From Macrostomum lignano (taxonomy: Eukaryota), in assembly GCA_002269645.1 (NCBI GenBank), contig NIVC01002066.1:124001-188000 (forward strand): a DNA stretch of 64,000 nt, in the 5' to 3' direction. Within the stretch, counting starts at the first letter, position 1, and the number at the start of each line of letters is the position of its first letter. Of this stretch, positions 50,538-62,089 are shown in pieces. The notes beneath the pieces are model-generated. The model saw nothing but the letters and a program-made list of their open reading frames with translations, was not told the DNA's origin and made no database searches. The translations under genes and the position numbers were made by a program.

Positions 50538-51573
50538 CACAGAACATAGACAGAATGCCCGATCGGCTGTCGCGGGATGTTTAGAAATTAATATGCAAAC
50601 AAACTACTTTTGTGGTGAAGCGGAGCAGTAGTTATGAAAATTCGATATGCATATATATATATTTATAATATATGTAGACTCTGCGTATGATTCTATAAAC
50701 TTATATATTGCTTCAGAATTTAAAATTAACAGGTTTGGCAGTGCCCAAATAGGAATAAAACCGTAGACGTTGTCCCCAATCATTTATTTGAAACAAAAAA
50801 CATATTTGAAACATTTTCCATCAAAACACTGCACATCGTCCTCAGTGCGACCTTCTCTCGGCCTTCTCTCCTTCGCAAGTGGAGAAACTCTTACTCTCGG
50901 ACGCGAGCGTCGGTAAGGTTCTGCTATTTCTTTGTACAGCTGGAGCATCGGGTAAGCCGTGGGCATCAGTCTGACCCCAGGCTCATGTCTCTGGTCAGGA
51001 CACACGTACATGCTGTCGGGAAAATGGTGGCTGCACACGACAGCGTTCTTCCACCTCGCTTCGTTTTTCTTGCCCAAGAGGTCTGCTCGGAAGATGCGCC
51101 GAGCCCAATCTTCACACCTACAGTAGTTAGGTTTCAGTGAATGACTATGGGGCAATAGCAGGAAAGTCACGCATGTACATGAACATACCTTTCTCGGTTT
51201 GCTGGGAATCGATGAAATCTCGTTTGTGCAGGACATTTGTTTGCGTAATTCTGGCAGCCATAAGCAGCGCATTGCCTTCTTGATGCTGTCATGTTACAGT
51301 TGTCTCTGTTTAATGCCTTCGTTGCTACCAATCACTGCCTTATTCATGTCAGTAGCAGCAGCCGCTGCCACAGAATATACTGTATATTCTGTGGCAGCGG
51401 CTGCTGCTACTCGCAGTCTCAGTCGTCTATGGCAGAACCTTTCCAAGCCGCATACGCGTAAGTATAAGTGGCTACTATCTTTCTTCACCACAAAAGTAGC
51501 TAAATATGCAAATACTTTTTGTAACAGATTTTTCTGCGAGAGGGCTGATCGGCCATTCTGTCTATATTCTGTG
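50538..51573 (-). mobile_element. Non-autonomous P-element-like transposon (1036 bp)
   Basis: About 30-bp TIRs CACAGAA(C/T)ATAGACAGAATG(C/G)CCGATC, a perfect 8-bp TSD ACGCAGAC (50530-50537, 51574-51581), and an internal THAP gene. Confidence 0.85.
50784..51292 (-). CDS. THAP zinc-finger-only protein (spliced)
   Basis: Exon 51292-51189, intron, exon 51117-50784: MTASRRQCAAYGCQN...FHRFPANRER|CEDWARRI...VCSHHFP...PTAYP. This is a complete C2CH THAP signature with no transposase catalytic domain. Confidence 0.8.
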
Positions 51574-52580
51574 ACGCAGACTGTGACCCGAGAAGCCGCA
51601 CTCGCCAAAGCCGCACATAGACATGCCCCGCTTTAGGAGCCGGATGAACATAACGGCAGACAAGAGAGTCCGGCCGCGGCTGCCTAGGACAGAAAACAGG
51701 GGCTGCTGCGGTCCGTAGATTTGATTCTCGCGCAGATGAGTTGCTAGTGCGGAAGCGGGACAGATAAGCAGGCATTCAGAGGCCTGCGGCAGAAATAATT
51801 CCAGTTGCCGCTCCTTGAATTGGTTTGTCTTTGACCTGTTGAGCACCAGCCGCAGACCACCGGGGCACGCTGATAGGCAGCTCCGGGGAAGAGCGTCCGC
51901 AGCGGTGGATGGTAAGAGCTCGCCGAGCCTAAGGACTCCCCACCAGGCCACCAGCAATGCTGCCTGGAAGGCGGCCAGCAGACGGGGCGGCAGCGAATGA
52001 CGTAGCTCGGTGGAGCTGCAAAGCAGGCGGAGGTGGCTGGGCTTCAGCGGCGTCGCACGCCGAGGCTGCCGGCTCAGAAGACGCCGAGCCCCGCGACACA
52101 CGAGAGCCAGGCGAGCGCTGCCCTTGGTCGGGTCTGGTGACGCGGAAGCCCTATGTAGGTAAGACACCGCGCTGAGGCTTGACTGCACACTGGAGTAGGA
52201 CGCCGGTCCACGTTGTAACAGGAACGAGACAAATTGGCAGACATCAGACTCGGAGGCGGCGGTCGCGGGAACTCGACGCTGCCGGCAGAATTCGTTCCAG
52301 ACTTGTAAGCGGCTCGCATAGGACTTCCTGGAACTAGGCGCTAGTGACAGGCGGCACAGAGCGGACACAGACACGGTGGAGCGGAGCGGAGCGCGGCTGC
52401 GACCTGCGAATGAAGAGCGGTGCGAGACACGGCAGAAATGGTGTGGGAAGCAAATTCGAAAGGACAAATGCATAAAGAGCCGTAAAGACGGCAGCAAAAA
52501 TTAATGAGCTCTCTGCTCGAGCCCCCCATTCTAGAAGCGGAGTCGCTCAGCAGCTGCATCTGGCCAGGAAGGTGGAACGC

Positions 52581-54008
52581 CTAGAGCTGAATTCCCGACG
52601 TGAGGCACACGAGAGCAACGGTCTGATAGATGCGAATGAGCAGAGGATGCCGACAGGACAGCTTATTGACCATGCCGACGGCAGCAGTGCTGTCCGAGTA
52701 AATCACCACGCGGCTGTTCCTAAGCTGCTCGCGGAAGCGCAGGATGGTAAGCAGCGGAGCCAGCGCCTCCTTGAGGTTGATGTGAAGGTCGCAGAACTTG
52801 CTCTCAAAGTCCTTCTCCCAGCTGAAGTACGTCCAGTCATTGAATTCGCTGCCAAAGACGATGCCAGCAGCACCCTCGCAACTGCTATCAGATTCGATGG
52901 CCACAAGTTGACGAAAACGGGGGCGAATGACCGTCGGCGGCAGAGAACTCACGACGCGCAGCCACCAGAGGAAGAGGTTGCGAAGCTCAGATGGCAGCCG
53001 GGTGTCCATTCTGCAGCTGAGGATGTCGAAGAGCGGGCGCAGGAAAGGACGCAAAAGCCTGTTGATCTGGCTGAGCCAGCACAACTTTCCGGCCAGTTTT
53101 TCGAGCTGCTTCAGTTTAACAACGTCACGTGACAGGCAATCGTTCAGCAGTTTCCGAATGTCGTCTTTCTTGTTGCTTGGAAGTGACAGGGTGCCGTTCA
53201 CAGTGTCAACCAGCACGTCGAGAAACACAACGTGTTGAGCTGGAGCCACGGTCTTCTGCCTGTTGATGTCGAAGCCTAAGTTCTGCAGCAGATCAACCAG
53301 ATAATTGAAGGCCTCCTGAGCCGCTTCTTCAGTATCAGCGGCTACTGCCCAGTCGTCCAAGTAGTTGACGGTAGCTGTGAAGCCAATGCTGAACATGTGG
53401 CGCTTGATGCAGGCCGATAAGCGATGGAAAATCTCACATGACGCTCGAGCACCAAAGGGCAACCGAGTGTCAACGAGCACCGAGTCATCGCTGTCGGCAG
53501 AGAACCGCCAGCTGAGGCCCGTGAGCACCTGGTCGTCAGGGTGAATACCGACGGAACGATAGGCCTGCTTGAGGTCCATTTTGCCGATAAACGAGTTTGG
53601 GCGAAGATAGCGGGTCAGGTCTTGGACAGAGGCGAAGCGCAGCCCCTTTTCCTGCTCATAGCTGTCGTTGACGGAGGACCCCGAAGGTCTAGAAAGGTCA
53701 TGAATGACCCGGACACTGCCGTCAGATTTTGGAATCGCCCCGATGGCGTTCACCATGACAGGGCCATTGGCGAGCTGCAAGCGGCCGAGACGGAGCTCCT
53801 CGGCGAGCTGTTCACCAACCTGCTTGGCTTGGTCCAAGGCCGATCGGTAGTTGGCGGAGCGGGCAAGAAAAGGCGGCGATCTATTGATGAGCCGAAAGCC
53901 GTAGCTAAGGCCGCTGCGAAGAAAATCTTCGTCTTGGTCACCCAGAAGCAGCGGCTCCCAGACGACAGAGCGCGGCGCGGTGGAGAGAGCAGGGTGCGAG
54001 CAGGGCAA
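52581..54008 (-). CDS. DIRS/Ngaro reverse transcriptase-RNase H, with a nonsense codon near the C-terminus
   Basis: IPKSDGSVRVIHDLS, KMDLKQAYR, RLPFGARAS, NYLDDW, SDSS, HINLKE and SDST. In-frame TAG at 52583-52581 is followed by AFHLPGQ..SDSASR, the normal RNase H end. Confidence 0.88.
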   Translation of the reverse strand: MPCSHPALSTAPRSVVWEPLLLGDQDEDFLRSGLSYGFRLINRSPPFLARSANYRSALDQAKQVGEQLAEELRLGRLQLANGPVMVNAIGAIPKSDGSVRVIHDLSRPSGSSVNDSYEQEKGLRFASVQDLTRYLRPNSFIGKMDLKQAYRSVGIHPDDQVLTGLSWRFSADSDDSVLVDTRLPFGARASCEIFHRLSACIKRHMFSIGFTATVNYLDDWAVAADTEEAAQEAFNYLVDLLQNLGFDINRQKTVAPAQHVVFLDVLVDTVNGTLSLPSNKKDDIRKLLNDCLSRDVVKLKQLEKLAGKLCWLSQINRLLRPFLRPLFDILSCRMDTRLPSELRNLFLWWLRVVSSLPPTVIRPRFRQLVAIESDSSCEGAAGIVFGSEFNDWTYFSWEKDFESKFCDLHINLKEALAPLLTILRFREQLRNSRVVIYSDSTAAVGMVNKLSCRHPLLIRIYQTVALVCLTSGIQL

Positions 54009-54078
54009 TGAGCAGATGGAGGCAAGATAAAAGGTGACGGCGAACGGGGGTTAAAAGCAGGGCGGCTATAAAAAAGAT

Positions 54079-55137
54079 CTAGTTTTTTGCTTCCTCCACA
54101 GCGTCGCCGCCGACGCTGGCCGGACGGTGCTGGTGTGCGGGGTGCAGCCGGCCGCAGTCGCGCAGCTTGCAGACGTGACGGTATCTACAGGAGGACCGCT
54201 GGCAGCCGGCAGGGGAGTTGTAGCTTAGGCAGATGGGAGCTTGCGACTGGTTGGATGCTGGTCTGCTTAGGGTGACTTTTAAGTTTCTTGGTGCGTTAAG
54301 GTGTCGGTGGTACAGCTGTGGAGGCTCGCAGCCCCATCGATGCGAATCCGAGTCGGCGATCAACTTTCTGTAATCCTCATCGAATTCCCACACGACACTT
54401 GGGCTGTAGTTAGCGTCTAAGAGCTCGCCGATCTTCTGTGAGTACTCCAGATAGCCTTTTAGTTCGTCAACATTGACAGATCTATCCTCATTAATGTGAA
54501 TCAGCGACCCATCATCAACTAGTCGAAGCAAAATCTTAGAGTTCCCTGCAATCCACTGGCCGACAGAGATTTTCCCCAAGCTGGGTGGCTGCTTCTTAAA
54601 GACCAGGTTCCCGTTCTCCATGCAGGCTGTGAGGCTCTCATTAGGTTGATTTGAACTGGGCTTGACAAAATCGCGAATCAGATAAGCCCTGCTAGGCTTT
54701 TTGTCACACTGGCTTCTGCCGGGATCTGTAAGAGCGCCGCCTAACAAAAACGCCTCATGCAAGCCAGCATTTTCTCCCCGCTCACCTTGTTGTGGAGGTT
54801 CCTGAGACCGGTGGTTCTGCGACTGATTGAGCTCGCTTTGCAGTTGTGCGCGGCGCCGAGTCAGAGCTTCAATCTCCAGCTGCTCGACCTCCTTCCTCAG
54901 AGCCGCCAGGTCGCTCGCCGCGCTCCCTGAAGCTCCGTGTCCACCCGTCGAATGTCCAGCGTCGATGGTGTCTGAGTTGAGGCTTGCGTCGTGACTTTTT
55001 GCTGCAGCTGGATACTCAGACATAGCACGCAGGTGTCTGTGTAGACGCTCATAGAGTTGTTGTTTACGACCAGCTTGTGAGAGGCCTCGCTGAGCTAGCT
55101 CTTGTTTGAGCTGTTTAGTTGTGCGTGCACTTTCCAT
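54079..55137 (-). CDS. DIRS/Ngaro Gag-like ORF1
   Basis: From MESARTTKQLKQELAQRGLSQAGRKQQLYERL (SAP-like) to a C-terminal CCCH-type knuckle ICLSYNSPAGCQRSSCRYRHVC. The longer ORF call starting at 55467 runs outside the element. Confidence 0.75.
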   Translation of the reverse strand: MESARTTKQLKQELAQRGLSQAGRKQQLYERLHRHLRAMSEYPAAAKSHDASLNSDTIDAGHSTGGHGASGSAASDLAALRKEVEQLEIEALTRRRAQLQSELNQSQNHRSQEPPQQGERGENAGLHEAFLLGGALTDPGRSQCDKKPSRAYLIRDFVKPSSNQPNESLTACMENGNLVFKKQPPSLGKISVGQWIAGNSKILLRLVDDGSLIHINEDRSVNVDELKGYLEYSQKIGELLDANYSPSVVWEFDEDYRKLIADSDSHRWGCEPPQLYHRHLNAPRNLKVTLSRPASNQSQAPICLSYNSPAGCQRSSCRYRHVCKLRDCGRLHPAHQHRPASVGGDAVEEAKN

Positions 55138-55789
55138 AATGGTAAAATTTTGAGCTGCAAAGCCAAAGCGAGCGACGGGGCACAGAGGGCGGCGTGCAAA
55201 TAAATAAGCGGGTGAGCAAACCCCCCACCCCACGGGGGGTAGAGAGGACGGAGCACAAAGGCGGCACAATGCACAGCGCGAGGGGTGGATGGCTAACACC
55301 CATTTCACTCCAGGCTCACAAAAGAGCCTAAGAGAAATGGAGGCATTCATAGTTAAACAACAGACCAGATTACAGAATATTACCAGATGTGGACCAGATT
55401 GTGGACCAGATTGACATAAACCAAAGCAATTTAAAAGAATAATCGTAAAAATAAAATCACATATCATACCAGTAAAAAGGTTTTAATTAATCAGCCTCTA
55501 TCTCAAAAAGCCGACTGCCTTCTTATTAACTGGGTAACTGCAAGAGATTACACAAAACCAGACATAAAACTCAAGAGGTCTCAAATTCAAGAATGTAACA
55601 ATCTCGGTTTTTACCTAAAAACCTAGTTTAAACAATAATAAGAAACATTTTGAAGGGTTTGTAAAAAATATTCATTAGAAGTGTAAATTACCTTTAATAT
55701 TGTTTTAAAGTTTATTCATCTTTATTTAATTGTTATCATTACTTAGTAGGTTAGCTACTTTTTGAATCATTTTTCATGACACTTTATGT

Positions 55790-56060
55790 GGAGGGCTGGA
55801 CTGCTTTACTACCGTGTAGGTGTTGCGGTCCGAAACTGATATTGAAAAAAAATTTGCCTCAACTCATTAGTAAAAATACTTCCATAATGACCACCGATAA
55901 TAAGCAGTGAAAGTCACAAAATTACCTGAGTAGCTCAGAGAGAACACAAGAGTTGCGGTACATGCCGCCACATTTCTGCATCGGGTTTCCGTAGCAGGCC
56001 ATGCTGCAGTTGCCTTCACCCACCAAGCCATGGGATCCGTACGAGTTGCTGTAGAGTATT
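55790..56060 (-). pseudogene. Truncated WSC-PAN fragment (copy D)
   Basis: SNSYGSHGLVGEGNCSMACYGNPMQKCGGMYRNSCVLS, a 90-nt intron (55925-55836), then VSDRNTYTV. Both ends are missing. Confidence 0.8.
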
Positions 56061-56729
56061 CTGCCTCCCTCATAAATTTGTAAAAATGGTTAACATACTA
56101 CTTATAAATTTTTATTCAGTAGTATACTAAGTAGCATGTATAAAGATGTGCGCTGAACTATACATATATTTTAATCAACCAATCAAAAGAAAGAAAAGTC
56201 GGTCATGCTATTTTTGGCAACCGACCAATCACGCGTGACCTACAATTGTCAAGTTAAACTCCATCTGCGATTCATCATTGGTCACGTACGGCCTACGTTT
56301 GTCAGTTCAAACCCCACCTGCGATTCATCATTTGGCTTGCACCCGGTTTGCACCCGGATGAACCAATCAAAGTCTACCAGCTACAATAACCAATCATGCG
56401 CTTTTACAGTAGACTAGTTGCGCAACTTTCTACCCTGTCATGCTTGACAGCCACCGAATCGTGACCCTTTGACATTTGCGAAGACAGTGATGAATGACCT
56501 CGAGAGAGGTCCGAACGCTTATAAATACAAGTGGTCCGGAGCGGACCCGGAGCCAACAATTTCAATGAAAAGTTCAATGAAATTGAAAAGTCAATGAATG
56601 AGTCGACGAAGCATCAATATTTACTTATGCACAGGACTTAAAGTTTGCGAGTTACATTTAAAGGTAGAGGTAAGGGTAAATACCTGCCGTTCTTCCAACT
56701 AAGAATCTACTTCTGACTAGTTAGAGCGG

Positions 56730-57340
56730 ATCCAGTTTTGTGAGGCGCATCCAGTTTTGTGAGGTGGATCCAGTTTTGTGAGGTGGATCCAGTTTGGGGG
56801 GAGGATCCAGTTTGGGGGGAGGATACAGTTTGGGGGGAGGATCCAGTTTGGGGGAGGATCCAGTTTGGGGGGAGGATACAGTTTGGGGGGAGGATCCAGT
56901 TTGGGGGGAGGATCCAGTTTGGGGGGAGGATCCAGTTTGGGGGGAGGATACAGTTTGGGGGGAGGATCCAGTTTGGGGGGAGGATCCAGTTTGGGGGGAG
57001 GATCCAGTTTGGGGGGAGGATCCAGTTTGGGGGAGGATCCAGTTTGGGGGGAGGATCCAGTTTGGGGGGAGGATCCAGATCCAGTTTAAGGGGCGGATTC
57101 AGATCCAGTTTGGGGGTAGGATTCAAATCCAATTTGGGGGGAGGATGCAGTTGGGAGGTCGGCGGATTCTGTTGGGGGGAGGATTCAGTTTGGGGGCGGA
57201 TCCAGTTGGGGGGGGATACAGTTGGGGGGCGGATCCAATTTGGAGGGGGGATCCAGTTGGGGGGGGGGGGCAGATCCAATTTGGGTTGGCGGATCCAGTT
57301 TGGAGGGGGGATACAGTTTGGGGGCGGATCCAGTTTGAGG
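56730..57340. repeat. G-rich variant of the GGATCCAGTTTG satellite
   Basis: Units GGATCCAGTTTGGGGGGA, in the same orientation as the arrays at 15-21 kb. Confidence 0.95.
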
Positions 57341-58185
57341 CAGTAGCTAAACTATCTTGTATAAGAGAAGTGGCTGCTTGGCTTGAAGGATCTTATTAAG
57401 CTTCTAAGGTGTGCGGACAGTCAGAGAGAATAAAAACAGTTTTTTGGCTAGCGGTTCCCTAACTCTTTCTGGTCTCCATATCAAGTTCGCAGCACTGCCC
57501 AGGTGTAGCTCATGCATTTCCCAGTGGTTATTTGAGGGAAGTAGTGTGCAGTTGCTCCAGATACATACGCTGAAACTATGAAACCCTGTGAAAGATGCTT
57601 GGTTAAATTTTCAGGAAACCACGGGCAGGGAGCAAGTGCTTAGTAGCAACCCGGGTGCTAGTATTAGTAGTAGAGGCCTTCATCCAGCTTCTTCTCACAT
57701 TTCTACATTTCTGCATGCGTCAAATGCTTCTTTCACATTTGTCTTTGAGTCGCCAAATTTACATTAGGGAGGTTAGGGCGTAACTTTGTTGAATTACAAA
57801 TATTTGGCCTTTAGACCTTCGCTTAACCGCTTAGTCAGATGGAAGACCCAGGAAACTAAGCGTAAGAGATTCCATGTCAAACATTTGATGCAGTCAACCA
57901 CACAGTTTCCATGCATATAGATCTCTGAAACTGACGAAACTGTGAAAAACATTGGGTATTTACTCTAAAGTTTTTAGCTTGCTCTACTGTGGAGGAAAAA
58001 CTTTGAATATTAAAGACTATCCAAATTTTTTTATCCCAATGGAACGTTAAGTGTCTGATTTTTGTTTTCACTGTCTCGAGCTCAAAGCTGTGTTGCTTTC
58101 TATCAAAGCAGGTCATTTCTGCATGTTTGCTTGAGTTCATGCTCAGCTCATCAACTGAGCCAGTCGGTCACCGCACCGCTCGAGC

Positions 58186-58660
58186 TCAGCAACGCTCGAA
58201 CAGAGTCCACTCGGGTTCGATCAGGCAGTCCTCGACGGACTGAGCAGCGACGGGCCAAACGGAGGTGTACCAGATGTCACGGGAGGCCTGGACTGCTTCA
58301 CTACCCGGCGTCCGTTTCCGTAGTAAGATAGTTCTTCGTAAACATTCAACTACTTTGCGTTGAAAGTTACAAAACATACCAGAGTAACTCTGTGAGAACA
58401 CGGAGTTACGGAATGAAGCTCCACCATTCTGTATTGAGTTTCTGGAGTATCTGTTCGACTTGCGGCAGTAGCTTTTCTATGACGTAGAGGATACCGCTGC
58501 ACAGCTAGTTCGACATCTCTGTTCTCGCTCTGATACCACCGGCATTTTGAGGTCAACACTGAAACCGCCAATTATCTTGTTGATTCCAATGAGCCCTATC
58601 AAAGCCTCTGGGTGACTAATAATCGTTCTAGCCTGCAGGTGACGCAAGTTGGGCGAGACA
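58186..58660 (-). pseudogene. Degenerate WSC-PAN copy E
   Basis: Recognisable TCVTCR, GLIG..KIIGGFSV, MSN*LCSG, RNSVF and EWTLFER, with deletions of the signal peptide and the PAN core. Confidence 0.75.
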
Positions 58661-60602
58661 TTTCACTGCTGGAAGAGAAGCAATTGGGATGTCTAGGGAA
58701 TCTGTATCTCCATCACCATCAGAGCATGCGGATTTATAACATGCGTACACGTACATTTTGAAGCAGCTAAAACATAAATAAACTAGCTTAAAGGCTTTCA
58801 AAGCAGAAGTGTCAAATTCTCACTGATGCACCCTGATGCACACGGATCAGGAGTCCCAGACACGATATTTTTTGTTGTGTTTGTGTATGGGTTCTATCTA
58901 TGGTAGTATAAATCGCGGATTCCCATCGGCAGTCGATGAAACGCAGAGTGCGCTCCTATCTTAGATAGTTGGGTGCCTGATGCAATAGGAGTAACATCAT
59001 CTGCACCAGCTGTAAGCATTTCGACTCGTCGCAGATGATGAGGCCTGTCAGCTGGAGTCACCAACGGCGCAACGGCTGCTTGAACGAACCAGAGTGCCAT
59101 TAAGGGGACTCGCTAATCGCTTTATACTACTGTGTGCCTATAAGGAGGGCTTCCGCAGGAGGTCCTTCGGGGCTGATTACCACATTTTATGTCGTGGTAT
59201 CTATATCACCTTCAGACCGATGGTAGCTTTTTCGAGGTGTATATTTTTAGTGTTAGTGTGGCTACCGTAAGAAGTGGATGCAGAGAGGTAGAGTGGTTGG
59301 GATCAGAGATTGGGTATGCGATGGGGCTGGCTGAAGTAAAAATATTTTGTATATGGGGAGAAATTTTCTCCAGTAGCTCTACTGAAAGTAGCATCAATAA
59401 ATAATTAACGGTCATATTTCGCAAATTAATGAAATTTGAAACCCAAAAACAAGCTCGTAGTATGTGTGTGTACGTTTATTTAGAAAATTGAGATTAATTG
59501 GGAGAAGCTTAAAACGAATGGCAGTTGCCTTCAGTCAATAGTTACTAGTTACTTTTGACACAGCACGTTGAATTATTGAATAAATGCGAGTTTTTCCGTC
59601 AGTTCTCAACATATTTTCCTTGTGCTCTCCTAAATAATGTTCAAAGGGTCTTCAGAGGAGTTTAATCTGTTATTCGGACTTTATCATTACAGTAGCGGTA
59701 AACGCGTCTTACTGTCGCAAAACACGACCGTCTGGCCACCCGAGTGACCAACTGGCTCAGTTGATGAGCTGGTTGATAAAGATCTGTAGCGAATCGCATC
59801 GCTTCTGGACTCTGTCGCTGAAACAAACATGCAACGGATGGGACAAGAAGGTTGGGCCCGGAGGATTCGTGTACAGAGCCAGCTCAGAGAGGCTGCGCCG
59901 ATGTAAGCATCGCAGAACTCCGGCACATCTTTATAGAGTAGATCCAAAAAGCATTTAGGAACAAGTCGTGAAAAAAAGTTGGAGCGTCTTGGCACCAGAC
60001 CGAATTGGTAGTCTACAGTCTACATTATCCTGTATACTACTCGTACTTTGAAGTTTCACAATACATTTACATGAAGATTGAGTTCTCTAAGATTTACGAG
60101 TGGTGTCCCAAAAGTAGTGTTACTTTTCACTATATCTCTCATTCTACTGATCCAAATAACATCATTTTGCACAGACTTATAGCGGCAACTCTCTTCTTCA
60201 TATTAACTTTAACATCATTTTAAAAATAGACAATGGAAAAAAAGTTATGAACTAAAATGTAGCAGGACCTCGACCATAGACTTACAGTTATTGACAAGCT
60301 AGCGGAAAGTAGCAAAAGTACTTTTGATTGAATGAACTCAGACTTCTTTGTTAGGCTGCTGTGACAAAGAGATATCTATAGAAAAACTTGGAGAAGCATA
60401 TAGCTTTTAAAGCAACAGAATATTTCAAACTAGGCTTCAGCTTTATTGCTTTTTGTTCCCTCCTTCTGCTGCTGGAAAGCCATGCAAATTATGAAGAGGG
60501 CTGCGATTAAAATATTAAAAGCGTCACTTCGGTAACGGAGAAGCAGTTCTGTAGATAAAGATGGAAGAAAGGCCGGAAATCCGCGCTAGACCCAGGGCCT
60601 GC

Positions 60603-61530
60603 TGTCACGGAAACCTGTAGAGTGTGCTACCTCCCGTTAAAAAGGTAAAAAGAAGTTAATCGTAGAATGCTACTATAAGTAAGTAAGTACACACATGTGC
60701 ACCTAAATTTTGAATGAACCACGCTACCAGGAAAAGATGTTACCAGAAAAATACGCCATGAGCCATTTTTCCCTTTTAGCGCAACACGTGAATTGTAATG
60801 ATATTATTTTGGACCGAAAAACGCCTATAAATACAAGCGGTCCGAAGCGGACCAGGAGCCAACTCTCGACGAGAGGAGAAGCTCCGAAGAGGAAGCCTTA
60901 GGAGGACTTCCTGATCAACCAAGTCAATCGAGACTCGGTCGAGTCGTAGCGGTAAGCCTTCCTTATTTGCGCCCGTTGTGTTAGAGACGTCTCGCTCAAG
61001 TCTATTGAGACTTGAGTTTATTTGAGTCTGTTGAGACTCTTGAGTCTGTTTAGACTCCACTGGTTGCAGTCTCCAGAAGGACTGCCCCTGAGAGATCTTA
61101 GGAGACTATCAGTGGTTTCCGGAGCTATACCTAGAGTGCATATAAGCACTGCTAGAAGAAGGAGGCTTAATTCAAACCGCAGTTCGGCGCAGGGTACCCA
61201 TTGTTGATACGAGGCCTCTGATTGGTCCTGACTGAAGATACCGGCCGGAGGAACTTATCGGAAGTACAAGAGGAACCAGGACCAGAGCAACTGAAGAATC
61301 AAGGCGCCTGATCTACGAGATCACAAAGAGATCCAAGCGAGATCTACTCGAAGACTACAGAAGAGATATCTCCAAGCGACGTCAAGGTAAGAAGTATCTT
61401 TAATTGATAACTGGGTTGCCTAGCAAAGTAGCTAGAAGTGATTGTTCCTTGATTATCGAAAGTCAGGTAATAAGGAACACATCAAACCCAGCCAAAACAG
61501 GAGCCGCTGGCGCCCAGAAAATAAAGAACG
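60603..61530 (+). mobile_element. Possible LTR-retrotransposon LTR/leader remnant
   Basis: Starts TGTCACGG, has a TATA box CTATAAATAC at about 60825 and a PBS-like TGGCGCCCAG at about 61508. No TSD or second LTR found. Confidence 0.3.
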
Positions 61531-62089
61531 ATGGCCGCAACGTGGCTTACAAATCTAAATTTAAGTTAGGACAATAAGCTGTTTTTTTTAAATACACTTG
61601 TAGATTTCCCAGAATTTCTTTAGTCAGACAGCTACATGCATATACGACTTTTTTAAATGCACCAAACGCTTCTCTTGAGCATATCCGTTTAGGGAATAAA
61701 ATCAGAGATATTCATTCCGCCTCTATCCTGCTTCTCTGCACATACGGAATCGAATTTTTTAAGTTTTACCAATGTGAAGACTTGCAGTTTTTGCTTCAAA
61801 AAGCTGAACGATTCCAAGCCGTCTAGTAAAACATCGAGCGGAAGTGTCACTATAGTTTTGAATGCATGTGGCACAAAAGAACAATGTAAAGCAACGGATG
61901 CTTGAGTCAAATATGTTGCTTTTGCAGTAGAATAATAAATAGTTCAAGGTCTTAAATTTTATTTGTCTCAAAACGAGGCATTGACGCGCTAAAACCAGGT
62001 CGTTACAATTCGCTTGAGTCCATGCTCAGCTCACCAAATGAGCCAGTCGGTCACCGCACCGCTCGAGCTCAGCCACGCACGAACAGAGT

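Larger units (their letters stand above)
50365..52497 (-). pseudogene. DIRS tyrosine recombinase interrupted by a transposon insertion
   Basis: LRLGELL, RSKTNQ, CPASAL, FSGHSLR | insertion | RGGASAAFQSG..IRCMGDWRSDCVFRY. Removing 50538-51573 and one TSD restores HSLRRGG. Confidence 0.88.
49780..55347 (-). mobile_element. Ngaro/PAT-type DIRS tyrosine-recombinase retrotransposon with split direct repeats
   Basis: In element sense: A1 (55347-about 55148), gag, RT-RNase H, YR, B1 (50230-50140), A2 (50141-about 49940), B2 (49870-49780). A1 matches A2 and B1 matches B2 near-perfectly. No TSD. Confidence 0.88.

Noticed and set aside
54079-55467. 462-aa ORF start at 55467
   Set aside because: The first roughly 110 codons span host flank and terminal repeat A1. 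The credible Gag start is the ATG at 55137.
58850-60000. GC-balanced stretches with short ORFs as exons
   Set aside because: No recognisable motif or consistent splice chain was found. They are probably decayed repeats and would need a translated search to settle.
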